DNA of 64,000 bases from Fibrobacteria bacterium (GTDB lineage: Bacteria; Fibrobacterota; Fibrobacteria; UBA5070), in assembly GCA_035352895.1 (NCBI GenBank), contig DAOPYN010000013.1, positions 6,361-70,360 of the forward strand, read 5' to 3'. A program made the translations under genes and the position numbers. Shown in pieces: positions 1-11,689 of this stretch. Every line of letters begins with the position of its first letter. The first letter of the stretch is position 1. The notes below the pieces were generated by a model. The model was not told the DNA's origin. It ran no database searches and saw nothing but the letters and a program-made list of their open reading frames with translations.

Positions 1-319
1 CCTGTACCGGATCGCCAACTGGCAGGAGCGCGAGACCTGGGACCAGTACGGGATCGTCTTCGAAGGCCATCCCGACCTGCGCCGCCTGCTCAACCACATC
101 GAATTCCAGGGCCATCCCCTGCGCAAGGACTATCCGGCCCGCAAGCGCCAGTGGCTGTCCTCCAACGATCCGCTGGTGGCCCCCATGGTGGCGCGCCTGA
201 AGTCCAACGGATTCACCGTGCTGGAGAATCCCACCCCCAACGCGCCTTCGGTCGAGGAAACCGGCCTTCTGGGCAAGGTCTCGCGCGAACAGCGCAACAA
301 CGTGGAGAATCCGTCGTGA
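1..319 (+). CDS. nuoC: NADH-quinone oxidoreductase subunit C, 3' fragment (5' end outside window)
   Basis: Open frame from position 2 reads [45 protein letters not shown], typical of the NuoC/30 kDa subunit. Its TGA at 317-319 overlaps the nuoD GTG (GTGA). Sits at the head of a nuoD-N series. Confidence 0.85.
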   Translation, partial: LYRIANWQERETWDQYGIVFEGHPDLRRLLNHIEFQGHPLRKDYPARKRQWLSSNDPLVAPMVARLKSNGFTVLENPTPNAPSVEETGLLGKVSREQRNNVENPS

Positions 320-1509
320 AGGTCCTCACTCCCCAGGGCGAGAAGATCGATCTCCTCACGGTCAACATCGGGCCGTCCCATCCCGCCACGCACGGCGCCT
401 TGCGCGCGTTCGTCGCCCTCGACGGCGAGACCATCGCCAGCGCGGTGTCGGAGATCGGTTACCTGCACCGCGGCTTCGAGAAGATGGTGGAGCAGGGGAC
501 CTGGCAGCAGGTGCTGCCCTACACCGACCGGCTCAACTACTGCTCGGCCATCCTCAATAACGTCGGATTCTGTCACACCATCGAGCGGATGTTCGAGATC
601 GACGTGCCGGATCGCACTCGGGAGCTGCGCGTCCTGCTCTCCGAGCTTTCCCGCATCATCGACCACTCGGTCTGCGTGGCTGCCGCGGCCTCCGACCTGG
701 GTGCCCTCACCAATTACTTCTACCTGTTCAACCCGCGCGAAAAGGTCTACGCGATCTGGGAGAAACTGTCCGGCGCGCGCCTGACCAACACCTTCACCCG
801 GATCGGCGGACTGTACCGCGACACCTACGACGGTTTCGAATCCGACGTGGCCGCGGTGCTGGTGGACGTGGAGACGGGGCTCGCGGACGCGTTCCGCCTC
901 CTGGAGCACAACCGGATCTTCATCGAGCGGACCCGGGGTTGCTGCCCGATCTCCCCCGAGGATGCCATCGCCTGGGGATGGACCGGACCCTGCCTGCGCG
1001 CCACCGGCGTGGAGCGCGATCTCCGCAAGGACGAGCCCTACATGGGCTACGAGACCTACGACTTCCAGACCGTGGTGGGAACCACCGGCGACACCTTCGA
1101 CCGGCTCATGGTGCGCATGTACGAGATCCAGGAGTCGATCTCCATCTGCCGACAGGTTCTGTCTCGCCTGCGCCCGGGACCGATCAACACCACCGATCCC
1201 AGGTTGATCCTGCCCGGACACGGGAAGACCTACCACGACATGGAGGCCCTGATCAACCACTTCAAGGTGGTCTTCGAGGGCGTGCGCGTCCCGGCCGGCG
1301 AGTTCTACGGGTCCATCGAGGCCGCCAACGGCGAGCTCGGGTTCTTCGTGGTGTCTGACGGTTCCGGCAAGCCTTGGAAGATCAAGGTCCGCCCCCCTTG
1401 CTTCACCCAGTTCGCCGCCTTCGCGAACCTGGTGGAAGGCAGCATGGTGGCCGACGCCATCGCCTGCCTTTCCAGCATCAACATCATCGCCGGCGAACTG
1501 GACCGCTGA
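316..1509 (+). CDS. nuoD: NADH-quinone oxidoreductase subunit D
   Basis: In frame with track ORF 151-1509. The conserved part starts at GTG 316 ([30 protein letters not shown]...[12 protein letters not shown]), the 49 kDa subunit signature. The upstream part of the track ORF overlaps nuoC and is rejected. Confidence 0.93.
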   Translation: MKVLTPQGEKIDLLTVNIGPSHPATHGALRAFVALDGETIASAVSEIGYLHRGFEKMVEQGTWQQVLPYTDRLNYCSAILNNVGFCHTIERMFEIDVPDRTRELRVLLSELSRIIDHSVCVAAAASDLGALTNYFYLFNPREKVYAIWEKLSGARLTNTFTRIGGLYRDTYDGFESDVAAVLVDVETGLADAFRLLEHNRIFIERTRGCCPISPEDAIAWGWTGPCLRATGVERDLRKDEPYMGYETYDFQTVVGTTGDTFDRLMVRMYEIQESISICRQVLSRLRPGPINTTDPRLILPGHGKTYHDMEALINHFKVVFEGVRVPAGEFYGSIEAANGELGFFVVSDGSGKPWKIKVRPPCFTQFAAFANLVEGSMVADAIACLSSINIIAGELDR

Positions 1510-1517
1510 GGAAGACC

Positions 1518-2459
1518 ATGGGACACTGCCACGCCAAGGTTACGCAGCCAACAACGGACGAGGTCTTCTCGAAGCTGGAAGTTCCCTCCGTACTCGCGCG
1601 CGCCGAGGAGCTCGTGCGCCGCTATCCGGTACCGCGCTCGGCCCTCCTGCCGATGCTCTGGCTGGCCCAGGAGACCATCGGATGGCTCCCGCAGGAGGCC
1701 ATCCGATGGGCGGCCGGAAAGTGCGACGTCAGTCCCGTCCACGCCTACGGCGTGAGCATGTTCTACACGATGTACAAGAAGGAACCCACGGGGCGGTTCT
1801 TCCTGCAGATTTGCCAGAACGTGTCCTGCCATGTGCTGGGCGCGGAGGACATCATCGCCCACGCTGAATCGACCCTGGGGATCTCCTCCAAGGGCGGAAC
1901 CACCTCTGACGACCTGTTCACGCTGCTTCGCGTGGAATGCCTGGGTGCCTGCGGCAACGGTCCGGTGATGCAGGTCAACGACGACTTCGCCACCGACGTC
2001 GTGGCCGGTGCCCTCGCCATGCCCGCCGGGGTCCAGCTCACCAAGGAGCGCTTCGACCGGATCGTGGCCTGGTGCCGCGATCGCGCCGCGAAGCTTCCCC
2101 AGGAGCCTCTCCGCGACGTTTCGGGCGGCGCGTTCCGCACGGGTGGCCATCCCGGAGCCAAGGGCGCGACCACCTCGCCCCAGAGGCCCGACTACGCTCC
2201 GGCACCGCCGGTCCTCGCTCTTTCCGTCCAGAAGACGGAAGACGGCAAGGCGAAGGTCACTTGGCGCGCCGATGGCGCGGTCACCGCCCTCCACCTGGAA
2301 GCCCGCCGCGACGGAGGGGCCTTCGCTCCGGTGGCGACGCTTTCTGGCAAGGACAAGGAATGGGTGGGCGAGTTCGCCGCCGGGACGGAACTTCGGATGG
2401 TCTCCGAATCGCAGGGGCGCCGGGCCAAGCCCTCGAACATCGCGAAGATGGAGGCATGA
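1518..2459 (+). CDS. nuoE: NADH-quinone oxidoreductase subunit E with a C-terminal extension of about 125 aa
   Basis: ATG 1518 in frame with track ORF 1374-2459. Has the 2Fe-2S thioredoxin-like motifs (QICQNVSCHVLG, VECLGACGNGPVMQVND). An extra Pro-rich linker plus beta-rich tail follows residue ~185. Confidence 0.9.
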   Translation: MGHCHAKVTQPTTDEVFSKLEVPSVLARAEELVRRYPVPRSALLPMLWLAQETIGWLPQEAIRWAAGKCDVSPVHAYGVSMFYTMYKKEPTGRFFLQICQNVSCHVLGAEDIIAHAESTLGISSKGGTTSDDLFTLLRVECLGACGNGPVMQVNDDFATDVVAGALAMPAGVQLTKERFDRIVAWCRDRAAKLPQEPLRDVSGGAFRTGGHPGAKGATTSPQRPDYAPAPPVLALSVQKTEDGKAKVTWRADGAVTALHLEARRDGGAFAPVATLSGKDKEWVGEFAAGTELRMVSESQGRRAKPSNIAKMEA

Positions 2460-3763
2460 TGGCGACCCTCACCGTCACCCAGAACTTCGGCAAGGGCGCG
2501 AGCGACCTTTCGGTGTACCGCTCGCTGGGCGGCTACTCGTCGCTTGGGCCCCGCCTGTTCGACCTTTCCCAGTTCGAATTGATCGATCTGGTCACCCGCT
2601 CGGGCCTCCGCGGTCGCGGAGGAGCCGGATTCCCCACGGGGATGAAGTGGTCCTTCGTGCCACGCGGCTCCGGAAAGCCGGTCTACCTGGTGGTCAATGC
2701 CGACGAAGGCGAGCCGGGAACCTTCAAGGACCATGTCCTGATGCTGGAGGATCCCCATCGTCTGATCGAGGGCATGATCATCTGCGGATGGGCCTTGGGC
2801 GTGCGTTCGGCGTACATCTACGTCCGCGGCGAATTCCTTCCGGCCATCGAGACCCTCAACCGCGCCCTCAAGCAGGCCTACGACGCGGGATTGCTGGGCG
2901 AGAACATCCAGGGCACCGGCTACAGCCTGGACATCTACGTGCACCGCGGCGCCGGCGCCTACATCTGCGGCGAGGAAACCGCCCTGATCAACAGCCTGGA
3001 AGGCTACAAGGGACAGCCCCGCCTCAAGCCGCCGTTCCCCGCCGTTTCCGGGGCCTGGGCCTCGCCCACCTGCGTGAACAACGTGGAAACCCTCATGGCC
3101 TTGCCGTGGATCCTGGAAAACGGCCCGGCCGCCTACCAGGCCTTGGGCACTCCCAAGTCCGGTGGCACCAAGGTGTTTTCCGTTTCCGGCGACGTGAAGC
3201 GTCCCGGTGTCTACGAAGTTCCCATGGGGACGCCCCTGATGGAGCTCCTCGAGGGCAAGGACCTGTGCCAGGGAATCGTGGGCGAACTGAAGGGCGTGAT
3301 TCCGGGCGGATCGAGTTCGCCCGTCCTCACCGCCGAGGAAGCCCGCAAGGCCAACCTCGACTACGAAGCCCTGGCGGCGCTCAAGACCATGCTGGGATCC
3401 GGCGCGGTGATCGCGTTCAACACCACGCGCGACGTGGTGGGCATGCTGGCTTCGCTCACGCGGTTCTACGCGCACGAATCGTGCGGCCAATGCACCCCCT
3501 GCCGCGAAGGGACCGGCTACGCCGACCGCATCCTCAAGGGAGTGGTGGCCCGCAAGGGTCGCGACGGCGACCTGGAGCACATGCTGGACCTGGCCGCGAA
3601 TTTCAGCAACACCACCATCTGTCCGCTGGCAAGCGCGGACGCATGGCCCATCGAGAACTTCATCGGGAAGTTCCGTCCAGAGTTCGAGAAGGCCGTGGCG
3701 GCCAATCCCGGCCACGCGGCCCCGCGTCTGGATGACGATTTCCGTCCGGGAGCGTTCTGGTAA
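2456..3763 (+). CDS. nuoF: NADH-quinone oxidoreductase subunit F
   Basis: ATG 2456 overlaps the nuoE stop (ATGA). Has the FMN/NADH motif GLRGRGGAGFPTGMKW and the 4Fe-4S motif ESCGQCTPCREG. Confidence 0.95.
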   Translation: MMATLTVTQNFGKGASDLSVYRSLGGYSSLGPRLFDLSQFELIDLVTRSGLRGRGGAGFPTGMKWSFVPRGSGKPVYLVVNADEGEPGTFKDHVLMLEDPHRLIEGMIICGWALGVRSAYIYVRGEFLPAIETLNRALKQAYDAGLLGENIQGTGYSLDIYVHRGAGAYICGEETALINSLEGYKGQPRLKPPFPAVSGAWASPTCVNNVETLMALPWILENGPAAYQALGTPKSGGTKVFSVSGDVKRPGVYEVPMGTPLMELLEGKDLCQGIVGELKGVIPGGSSSPVLTAEEARKANLDYEALAALKTMLGSGAVIAFNTTRDVVGMLASLTRFYAHESCGQCTPCREGTGYADRILKGVVARKGRDGDLEHMLDLAANFSNTTICPLASADAWPIENFIGKFRPEFEKAVAANPGHAAPRLDDDFRPGAFW

Positions 3764-5396
3764 TGAGCAACTCCTACCATATGCCGGTGCTGCCCAAGCC
3801 CGACGCGAAGAAGGTCACGATCAACGTCGATGGTCGCGACGTGGAGGTCCCGGAAGGGACCAACCTGGTCGAGGCGTTGAAGTCCATCGGGATCGCCACC
3901 CCCCACTTCTGCTACCATCCGGATCTGCCGGTGGCCGGAAACTGCCGCCAATGCATGGTGGAGACCGACGGCCCCCGCGGGATGGGACTGGCCATCGCCT
4001 GCTACACGCCGGTGCGTGCGGGCATGAAGGTGGCCACCGACCTCTCCTCCGAGAAGGTGAAGACCGCCCGCAAGGCGGTGATGGAATTCCAGCTGGCCAA
4101 CCACCCGCTGGACTGCCCCATCTGCGACAAGGCCGGGGAGTGTTCCCTGCAGGACAACTACATGTCGGCCGGAGGACACACCAGCCGCATGCGGGAGGAC
4201 ATCGGCAAGCTCTACAAGGGGGCTCCCGAGCATCGCCACCTGGACGCCAAGGGCCAGGAGCGCGGTGGCAAGCACCTGGATCTCGGGCCCAACGTGGTCC
4301 TGGACCAGGAGCGCTGCATCCTGTGCGACCGCTGCGTGCGCTTCATGCGCGACGTGGCCGGATCCGAGCAGCTCTACATCGCCGGTCGCGGGGACCACGC
4401 GTTCCTGTCCACCTTCCCCGGCAGCGAGCTGGACCACGAATACGACCTCAACGTCACCGACGTCTGCCCGGTCGGAGCGCTCACCGGCAAGCACTTCCGC
4501 TTCCGGCAGCGCGTATGGAACCTGGTTTCCACGCCCAGCATCGATCCCACCGACAGCCTGGGCGCCAACATCACGGTGGACCACCACGAGGGCCAGGCCT
4601 GGCGCATCATGCCGCGTCGCAATCCCGAGGTGAACCGGTCCTGGATCCACAACGAGACCCGCCTGGCCTACCGGAAACTGTCCGAGAACCGCCTGGCGGC
4701 GGGTCTGTTTGGGAAGAGCGAGGTTCCGCTTCCGCAGGCCGCCTCGCGCCTGGGCGAACTCGTCCGCGGAGCCCGCAAGCTCGCGTTGGTCGCCTCCGGG
4801 CATCTCACATTGGAGGACAACGCAGCCATACTGGCCCTGGCCCAGTTCCTGGGCTCGCGCGCCGAGGTGTTCGGCGGGTCCTGGCTGTCCGCGGGCAAGC
4901 CCGACAACATCGCGCGGTCCGGCGACCCGGTGCCCAACCGTCTGGGCCTGAAGCTCCTGGGCATCGCCGACAACCTGGACGAACTGACGCGGCGCGCCAA
5001 GGAATTCGACGTCCTGGTGGTGGCGGGACACGATCTGTGGAAGATCGCCCCTTCTAGGGCGAAGGCCCTGGAGGCCATTCCGGAGCGCATCGTGCTGTCC
5101 TCCTGGCACGACGATTCCGTGTCGAAGGCCACCCTTTCGGTGGGCGTGCGCGCCTGGGCCGAGGTCCGGGGAACCATGGTCAACTGCCAGGGGCGCGTGC
5201 AGATGCTGCAGGCCGCCCCCATCCTGCCAAGCCCCGACCTCGAACCCGTCTGGCAGATCCTGTCGTCGGCGGGCAGATTGGGCTGGACCAGCGAGCTGGA
5301 CGCGTTCCGGTTCGCCCAGGGGCGCATCCCGGCCTTGGCCGGACTCACCTACCGCACCATCGGCCCCATGGGCCGGATCCTGGAAGGAGTCGTGGC

Positions 5397-5400
<4 letters not shown>
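3763..5400 (+). CDS. nuoG: NADH-quinone oxidoreductase subunit G (short, 545 aa form)
   Basis: TAATG overlap with nuoF. N-terminal 2Fe-2S/4Fe-4S cysteine clusters are present: CYHPDLPVAGNCRQCMVE, HPLDCPICDKAGECSLQD, CILCDRCVRF, CPVGAL. Confidence 0.92.
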
Positions 5401-6731
<1,331 letters not shown>

Positions 6732-6735
6732 ATCC

Positions 6736-7302
6736 ATGGCTCGCACCGTTTCTCGTCCCGAGATGACGCTCGCGGAAAAGGCCTATGTGCCGGAAATCGT
6801 CAAAGGTCTGAAGGTGACCATGGGGCATTTCCTCAAGGGACTGTTCACTCCCGAGACCTTGCCCGTGCAGAGCTATCCCGAGGTCGCCTCGGTGATCCCG
6901 CGCGACTACCGGTCCAAGCACCGTCTCATGAAACGACCCAACGGCGAGCCCCGCTGCGTGGCCTGCATGATGTGCTCGACCGCCTGTCCCGCCAACTGCA
7001 TCACCATCAAGGCCGGCGAATCCGCCGACGGACGCATCGAGAAGAAGCCGGCGAAGTTCGAGATCGACCTCCTCGTGTGCGTGTTCTGCGGTCTGTGCGC
7101 CGAAGCCTGCCCGGTGGACGCCATCCGCATGGACACCCGCGTGGTCGCCTTGGCCGCCGACCAGCGCAGGAAGTTCAAGGTGGGTCTGAAGGACCTCATG
7201 GACTGGGATCCCAAGGATTATCCGGAGAGCGACACGCAAAGCCAGAAGGCGCCGGGCGGACTCCTCAACGCCGAAGCCAGGAAGCAGTGGGGGATCTCAT
7301 GA
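6736..7302 (+). CDS. nuoI: NADH-quinone oxidoreductase subunit I
   Basis: Two ferredoxin-type clusters: CVACMMCSTACP and CVFCGLCAEACP. Confidence 0.95.
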   Translation: MARTVSRPEMTLAEKAYVPEIVKGLKVTMGHFLKGLFTPETLPVQSYPEVASVIPRDYRSKHRLMKRPNGEPRCVACMMCSTACPANCITIKAGESADGRIEKKPAKFEIDLLVCVFCGLCAEACPVDAIRMDTRVVALAADQRRKFKVGLKDLMDWDPKDYPESDTQSQKAPGGLLNAEARKQWGIS

Positions 7303-7874
7303 TCGAACAGGTCTACTTCGCCATCTTCGCGGTGGTCGCCCTATGCTGCGCGTTGGGGGTGCTGGTCTCGCGCCATCCCATCCAGGGCGCCATGTCGTTG
7401 ATCGGCGTCATGGTGGCGCTTTCCGGCATCTATTCCCTGATGGCCTCCCCGTTCCTCGCGACCTTGCAGATCCTGGTCTACGCGGGCGCCATCATGATGC
7501 TCGTGGTCTTCGTGATCATGGTGCTCAACAGCGCGAAGGATTCCAGCACCCCGCGATTCGATCTCCACGCCTGCGTGGGTGTCGTGCCCGCCTTGGTGGT
7601 GGGCGCCGTGATCTGCCGCCTGGTCTGGGCATGGCATGCACTGGACGGGAACAGGGTGCAGGAGGCGCTGGCGAAGGAACCAGCGGCCCGCGGCACCGTC
7701 GAGGCCATTTCCAAGGTCCTGTTCGGGGGGCGCGAAACCTCCGGATGGGCCATTCTCTTCCTTGCGGTGGGGCTCCTTCTCCTCACCGCGATCGTGGGCG
7801 CGGTCCTTCTCGCCAAGCGAAGACTCGACAAGCCGCCCGCCACACCGGCTCCCTCCCACGGAGGACACGCATGA
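7299..7874 (+). CDS. nuoJ: NADH-quinone oxidoreductase subunit J
   Basis: ATG 7299 overlaps the nuoI stop (ATGA). Hydrophobic protein (MIEQVYFAIFAVVALCCALGVL...LQILVYAGAIMMLVVFVIM) in the expected operon position. Confidence 0.9.
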   Translation: MIEQVYFAIFAVVALCCALGVLVSRHPIQGAMSLIGVMVALSGIYSLMASPFLATLQILVYAGAIMMLVVFVIMVLNSAKDSSTPRFDLHACVGVVPALVVGAVICRLVWAWHALDGNRVQEALAKEPAARGTVEAISKVLFGGRETSGWAILFLAVGLLLLTAIVGAVLLAKRRLDKPPATPAPSHGGHA

Positions 7875-8185
7875 TCTTCCTTCCAACCCAGAGCTTGATC
7901 CTCGCCGGGGTCCTGTTCGCCATCGGGCTCGCGACGGTTCTCGTCAAGCGCAACCTGTTCTTCGTGCTGATGGGCGTGGAGCTCATGCTCAACGCGGCCA
8001 ACCTGAGCTTCGTCGCCTGGTCGCGGACCTTCACGGGTTCCGCAGGGCTCGACGGACAGGTCGCACCGCTGTTTTCCATCGCCGTGGCCGCCGCCGAAGC
8101 CTGCGTGGGCCTGGCGATGCTGCTTGCGATCTTCCGGTCCAAGGAAACCCTGGACACCGACCGTTTCGACAGGATGAAGGAGTGA
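7871..8185 (+). CDS. nuoK: NADH-quinone oxidoreductase subunit K
   Basis: ATG 7871 overlaps the nuoJ stop. 104-aa protein with three TM segments and MGVELMLNAANLSFVAWS. Confidence 0.92.
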   Translation: MIFLPTQSLILAGVLFAIGLATVLVKRNLFFVLMGVELMLNAANLSFVAWSRTFTGSAGLDGQVAPLFSIAVAAAEACVGLAMLLAIFRSKETLDTDRFDRMKE

Positions 8186-8186
8186 C

Positions 8187-10187
8187 GTGGTGACGAATCT
8201 TCTCTGGCTTCTGCCCGTCCTTCCTGCCGCGGGATTCGCGATCAACGGACTTCTCGCCCTGGCCGGTTCCCGGCGAGGGGAGGGCCCGGACCGCGGGATC
8301 GTCGGATTCCTGGCCGTCCTGTTCCCGGTGCTGTCCTTCCTGCTGACCGTCGCCCTCTGGTGGAACCTGTCCGAAGCCACCGAAATGGTCCGCGGACAGT
8401 CGGAACTCCTGGGCGTCAAGCTCCAGGCGCCGGCCTTCGCGCAGACGATGGGCGACTGGATCCGCGTGGGGGATCTGTCCATTTCCTTCGGGTTCCGGTT
8501 CGACAAGCTCACGGGCATCATGCTCCTGTTCGTGACCGGCATCGGCAGCCTGATCCACCTGTATTCCATCGGATACATGGCCAACGACCGCGGGTTCGCC
8601 CGATACATGGCCTACCTCAACCTGTTCCTGGCCAACATGGTGGTGCTGGTGCTGGGCGACGGTCCGGTGGTCACCTTCCTTGGTTGGGAAGGCGTGGGGT
8701 TGTGCTCCTACCTCCTGATCGGATTCTGGCACCACGACGAATCCAACGGTTCGGCCGCGACCAAGGCATTCCTGGTCAATCGTGTCGGCGATCTTGGCTT
8801 CCTGGTGGGAGTCTTCCTGCTTTGGCAGATCATGGGGCCCGGCAGCTCGCTCACCTACGAGGCCATCTCGGCCTGGTTCCGCGACCCGGCGCATCTCCAG
8901 CAATTGGCCATGCCCGGAGTGGCCACGCTCCTGACCCTTTCCACCGTCTTCCTGTTCGTGGGCTGCACCGGCAAGAGCGCCCAGATCCCTCTTCTGACTT
9001 GGCTTCCCGATGCGATGGCCGGTCCCACTCCGGTTTCCGCCCTCATCCACGCCGCCACCATGGTGACCTCCGGCGTGTTTCTCCTGGCTCGCATGGCCGA
9101 TGTCTTCGTCGCCGCGCCGTTCACCCTCCACCTGATCGCCTGGGTGGGGGCGCTGACCGCCGCTTGGGCTGCCGTCACCGGCCTGTTCCAGCACGACATC
9201 AAGAAGGTCCTGGCCTATTCCACCGTGTCCCAGCTGGGCTTCATGTTCCTGGCCGCGGGAGTGGGCGCCTTCGACGCCGGTCTGTTCCACGTGTTCACGC
9301 ACGCGTTCTTCAAGGCGGTCCTGTTCCTTGGAGCAGGCTCCGTCATCCACGCGCTGTCCGGCGAGCAGGACATCCGCCGCATGGGTGGACTGGTCCGGAA
9401 GCTCCCCGTCACCTTCGCGGCGATGTTCGCGGGCTGGTACGCGATCGTGGGACTGCCACTGGGGGCCGGTTTCTGGTCCAAGGACATGATCCTGGAACGC
9501 GTGTACGTCCATGGTGGGATCGGATTGTACGCCATCGCCCTGGGTTCGGCGGTGGTCACCGCGGTCTACATGACCCGCATGATGATCCTCGTGTTCTGGT
9601 CGCCCTCGCGCGTGGACCACGAAGTCGCGCACCACATCCACGAATCCCCTCCATCCATGCAGATTCCCCTCTGGATCCTTGGCGTGGGTGCCCTGTCCGT
9701 GGGTTTCCTGTGGGCCGACATGATCCATCTGGACTGGTTCTCCCGGCAGCTGTCCGACGTGGTCGGAGCCGCCCAGGCCTCCCTGGCGGGCGATGCACCC
9801 GGACATGGTCCTTCGCCATGGTTGCTGGCCTCCTTCGGAGTGACCGCCGCGGTGGTCGGAATCCTGGTCGCTTTCGGCCTGTTCCGCTCCGGGTACTTCC
9901 GTGAAAACGGTCGGGAGCCGATGGATTACCGTGCGCGCTGGTGGATGCTCGCCTTCGACGGTCTCCACACACTGGTGGGCATCTGGCCCGCGACGGTGGT
10001 CTCGTGGGTCCTCGACACCTGGATCCAGCCGCTTCTGATGGGGCTCCTGCGGATCTTCGCCTGGCTCGTCGAGGTGGCGGGGTCCACCTTGCGGTTGCTC
10101 CAGCGCTCCAGGCTCCGAACCAACATGGCCTTGTCCGTGCTGGGCCTGGCCCTCCTCCTCCTTTTCCTGGCAAGGGAGCTCCTGTGA
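8187..10187 (+). CDS. nuoL: NADH-quinone oxidoreductase subunit L
   Basis: 666-aa antiporter-like polytopic protein (WEGVGLCSYLLIGFWH, KSAQIPLLTWLPDAMAGPTPVSALIHAATMV). Confidence 0.95.
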   Translation: MVTNLLWLLPVLPAAGFAINGLLALAGSRRGEGPDRGIVGFLAVLFPVLSFLLTVALWWNLSEATEMVRGQSELLGVKLQAPAFAQTMGDWIRVGDLSISFGFRFDKLTGIMLLFVTGIGSLIHLYSIGYMANDRGFARYMAYLNLFLANMVVLVLGDGPVVTFLGWEGVGLCSYLLIGFWHHDESNGSAATKAFLVNRVGDLGFLVGVFLLWQIMGPGSSLTYEAISAWFRDPAHLQQLAMPGVATLLTLSTVFLFVGCTGKSAQIPLLTWLPDAMAGPTPVSALIHAATMVTSGVFLLARMADVFVAAPFTLHLIAWVGALTAAWAAVTGLFQHDIKKVLAYSTVSQLGFMFLAAGVGAFDAGLFHVFTHAFFKAVLFLGAGSVIHALSGEQDIRRMGGLVRKLPVTFAAMFAGWYAIVGLPLGAGFWSKDMILERVYVHGGIGLYAIALGSAVVTAVYMTRMMILVFWSPSRVDHEVAHHIHESPPSMQIPLWILGVGALSVGFLWADMIHLDWFSRQLSDVVGAAQASLAGDAPGHGPSPWLLASFGVTAAVVGILVAFGLFRSGYFRENGREPMDYRARWWMLAFDGLHTLVGIWPATVVSWVLDTWIQPLLMGLLRIFAWLVEVAGSTLRLLQRSRLRTNMALSVLGLALLLLFLARELL

Positions 10188-11689
10188 ACTTGCACCTGGT
10201 ACTACTGGCCCCGATCGTCGCATCGGTGTTGACCCTGTTCCTTTCCCGCCGCGACTCGGCATCCACCCTGCGCGCGACCATGCTTCTCTCGCTGGTCGTG
10301 GCGGGGATCAGCCTGGTCCCGCTGTTCGGTGGCGAGACGACCACCGAACTGCGCACCTGGTTGCGTCCCATGGGCAATCTCAGCATCCGCTGGGGATTGG
10401 CTTCCGACGGCTTCTCCGCTTGGCTGGTCGCCCTCACCGGGATCCTGGTTCCCGTGTCCATCGCCACCGCGCGCGGCCAAGTAGGCGAACGCCTCCGGGA
10501 ATTCGCCGCGGCGGTGTTCTTCATGCAAGCCGGTCTGGTGGGCGTGTTCCTTTCGGTGGATCTGCTGCAGTTCTACGGTTTCTTCGAGGTGATCCTCCTG
10601 CCTGCCACCATCCTGATCGCCATGTTCGGTGGACGCGATCGTCGGCGGGTAGCCCTCCTGTTCCTGCTGTTTTCGCTGGCTGGATCCATTCCTCTGTTCG
10701 TGTCCATCTGGTGGATGGCGGCGGAAGCCGTCCGTACCCAGGTCCCGCTTTCGCTGGACCTGGAATCCGTGAGGTTGTTCCTCCTGACGGTGGATCCCCA
10801 AGTCAGATTCTGGCTGTTCGCCGCCGCCAGCGTGGCCTTCCTGGTGAAGCTTCCCGTGGTGCCCTTGCACTTGTGGCAGGCCGACGCCTACTCGGAAGGT
10901 CCCGCAGCGGGTTCCGCGCTCCTGACCGGAGTGATGGCCAAGGTCGGGCTCTACGGGTTCATCCGCATCGTCGTTCCCTTGTTCCCTGTGGAATCGGCGC
11001 TCCACGCCAAGTTCTTCGTTGTGTTGGGACTGGTCACCATGCTCTCCGGAGCCCTCATCGCCCTGCGGCAGCGCGAAGTCCGCAGGGTGCTGGCGTTCTC
11101 CTCCCTTTCCCACCTGGGACTCGGGTTGGCTGCATTGTTCACCTTCCGCCCCGAGGCGCTGGCGGGGGTGGTCGTGCTGGTGGTGGCTCACGGTCTTTCG
11201 GCTTCGGCGCTCTTCTTCCTCGCCGGGATCGCGGAAGGCTGGTCGCGCTCGCGGCACATCGACGATTTCGGTTCCCTGGCCAGACGTTCCCCTCTCTTCG
11301 CCGTCCTGTTCGCCCTGTTCGCCCTGGCTTCGGTGGGCATCCCGGGTACGGCGGGTTTCGTCGCCGAGTTCCTGATGCTCTTCTCCCTTTGGAAGGTGTT
11401 CGGGGTGTGGGTTGCGCTGGTGGCCGGATCCACCCTGGTTTTCTCCGCCGCCTACACCTTGCGGCTGGTCCAGAAGATGCTTTACGGGACCTCGCATGCA
11501 TCGGAGGATTCCGCTTCCCAGATGCCCGCTCTGGAAGCCACGGTGGTGATCCCGCTGGTGGTGGCCCTGGTGGCGTTCGGATTCCTGCCCGGTCCTTTGC
11601 TGAAGGCCGGACGTGCAGACTTGCTCACCCGCTTGCCATCGGCGCAGGCCAAAGTCGTGGAGGATGCTTCCCATGCTGCCGCCCGTTGA
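10184..11689 (+). CDS. nuoM: NADH-quinone oxidoreductase subunit M
   Basis: GTG 10184 overlaps the nuoL stop (GTGA). Antiporter-like (LPVVPLHLWQADAYSEGPAAGSALLTGVMAKVGLYG). Confidence 0.92.
   Translation: MNLHLVLLAPIVASVLTLFLSRRDSASTLRATMLLSLVVAGISLVPLFGGETTTELRTWLRPMGNLSIRWGLASDGFSAWLVALTGILVPVSIATARGQVGERLREFAAAVFFMQAGLVGVFLSVDLLQFYGFFEVILLPATILIAMFGGRDRRRVALLFLLFSLAGSIPLFVSIWWMAAEAVRTQVPLSLDLESVRLFLLTVDPQVRFWLFAAASVAFLVKLPVVPLHLWQADAYSEGPAAGSALLTGVMAKVGLYGFIRIVVPLFPVESALHAKFFVVLGLVTMLSGALIALRQREVRRVLAFSSLSHLGLGLAALFTFRPEALAGVVVLVVAHGLSASALFFLAGIAEGWSRSRHIDDFGSLARRSPLFAVLFALFALASVGIPGTAGFVAEFLMLFSLWKVFGVWVALVAGSTLVFSAAYTLRLVQKMLYGTSHASEDSASQMPALEATVVIPLVVALVAFGFLPGPLLKAGRADLLTRLPSAQAKVVEDASHAAAR

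Noticed and set aside
151-315. N-terminal extension of nuoD given by the track ORF start at 151
   Set aside because: It overlaps the nuoC coding frame. Conserved NuoD sequence begins at GTG 316, which overlaps the nuoC stop.
8031-10262. 743-aa minus-strand ORF antisense to nuoL, plus similar long ORFs antisense to nuoM/N (10202-12088), the TonB cluster (32484-35414), top6B (59552-61513 plus strand) and mltD (61589-63901)
   Set aside because: All overlap well-supported genes on the other strand and encode compositionally biased sequences without recognisable motifs.
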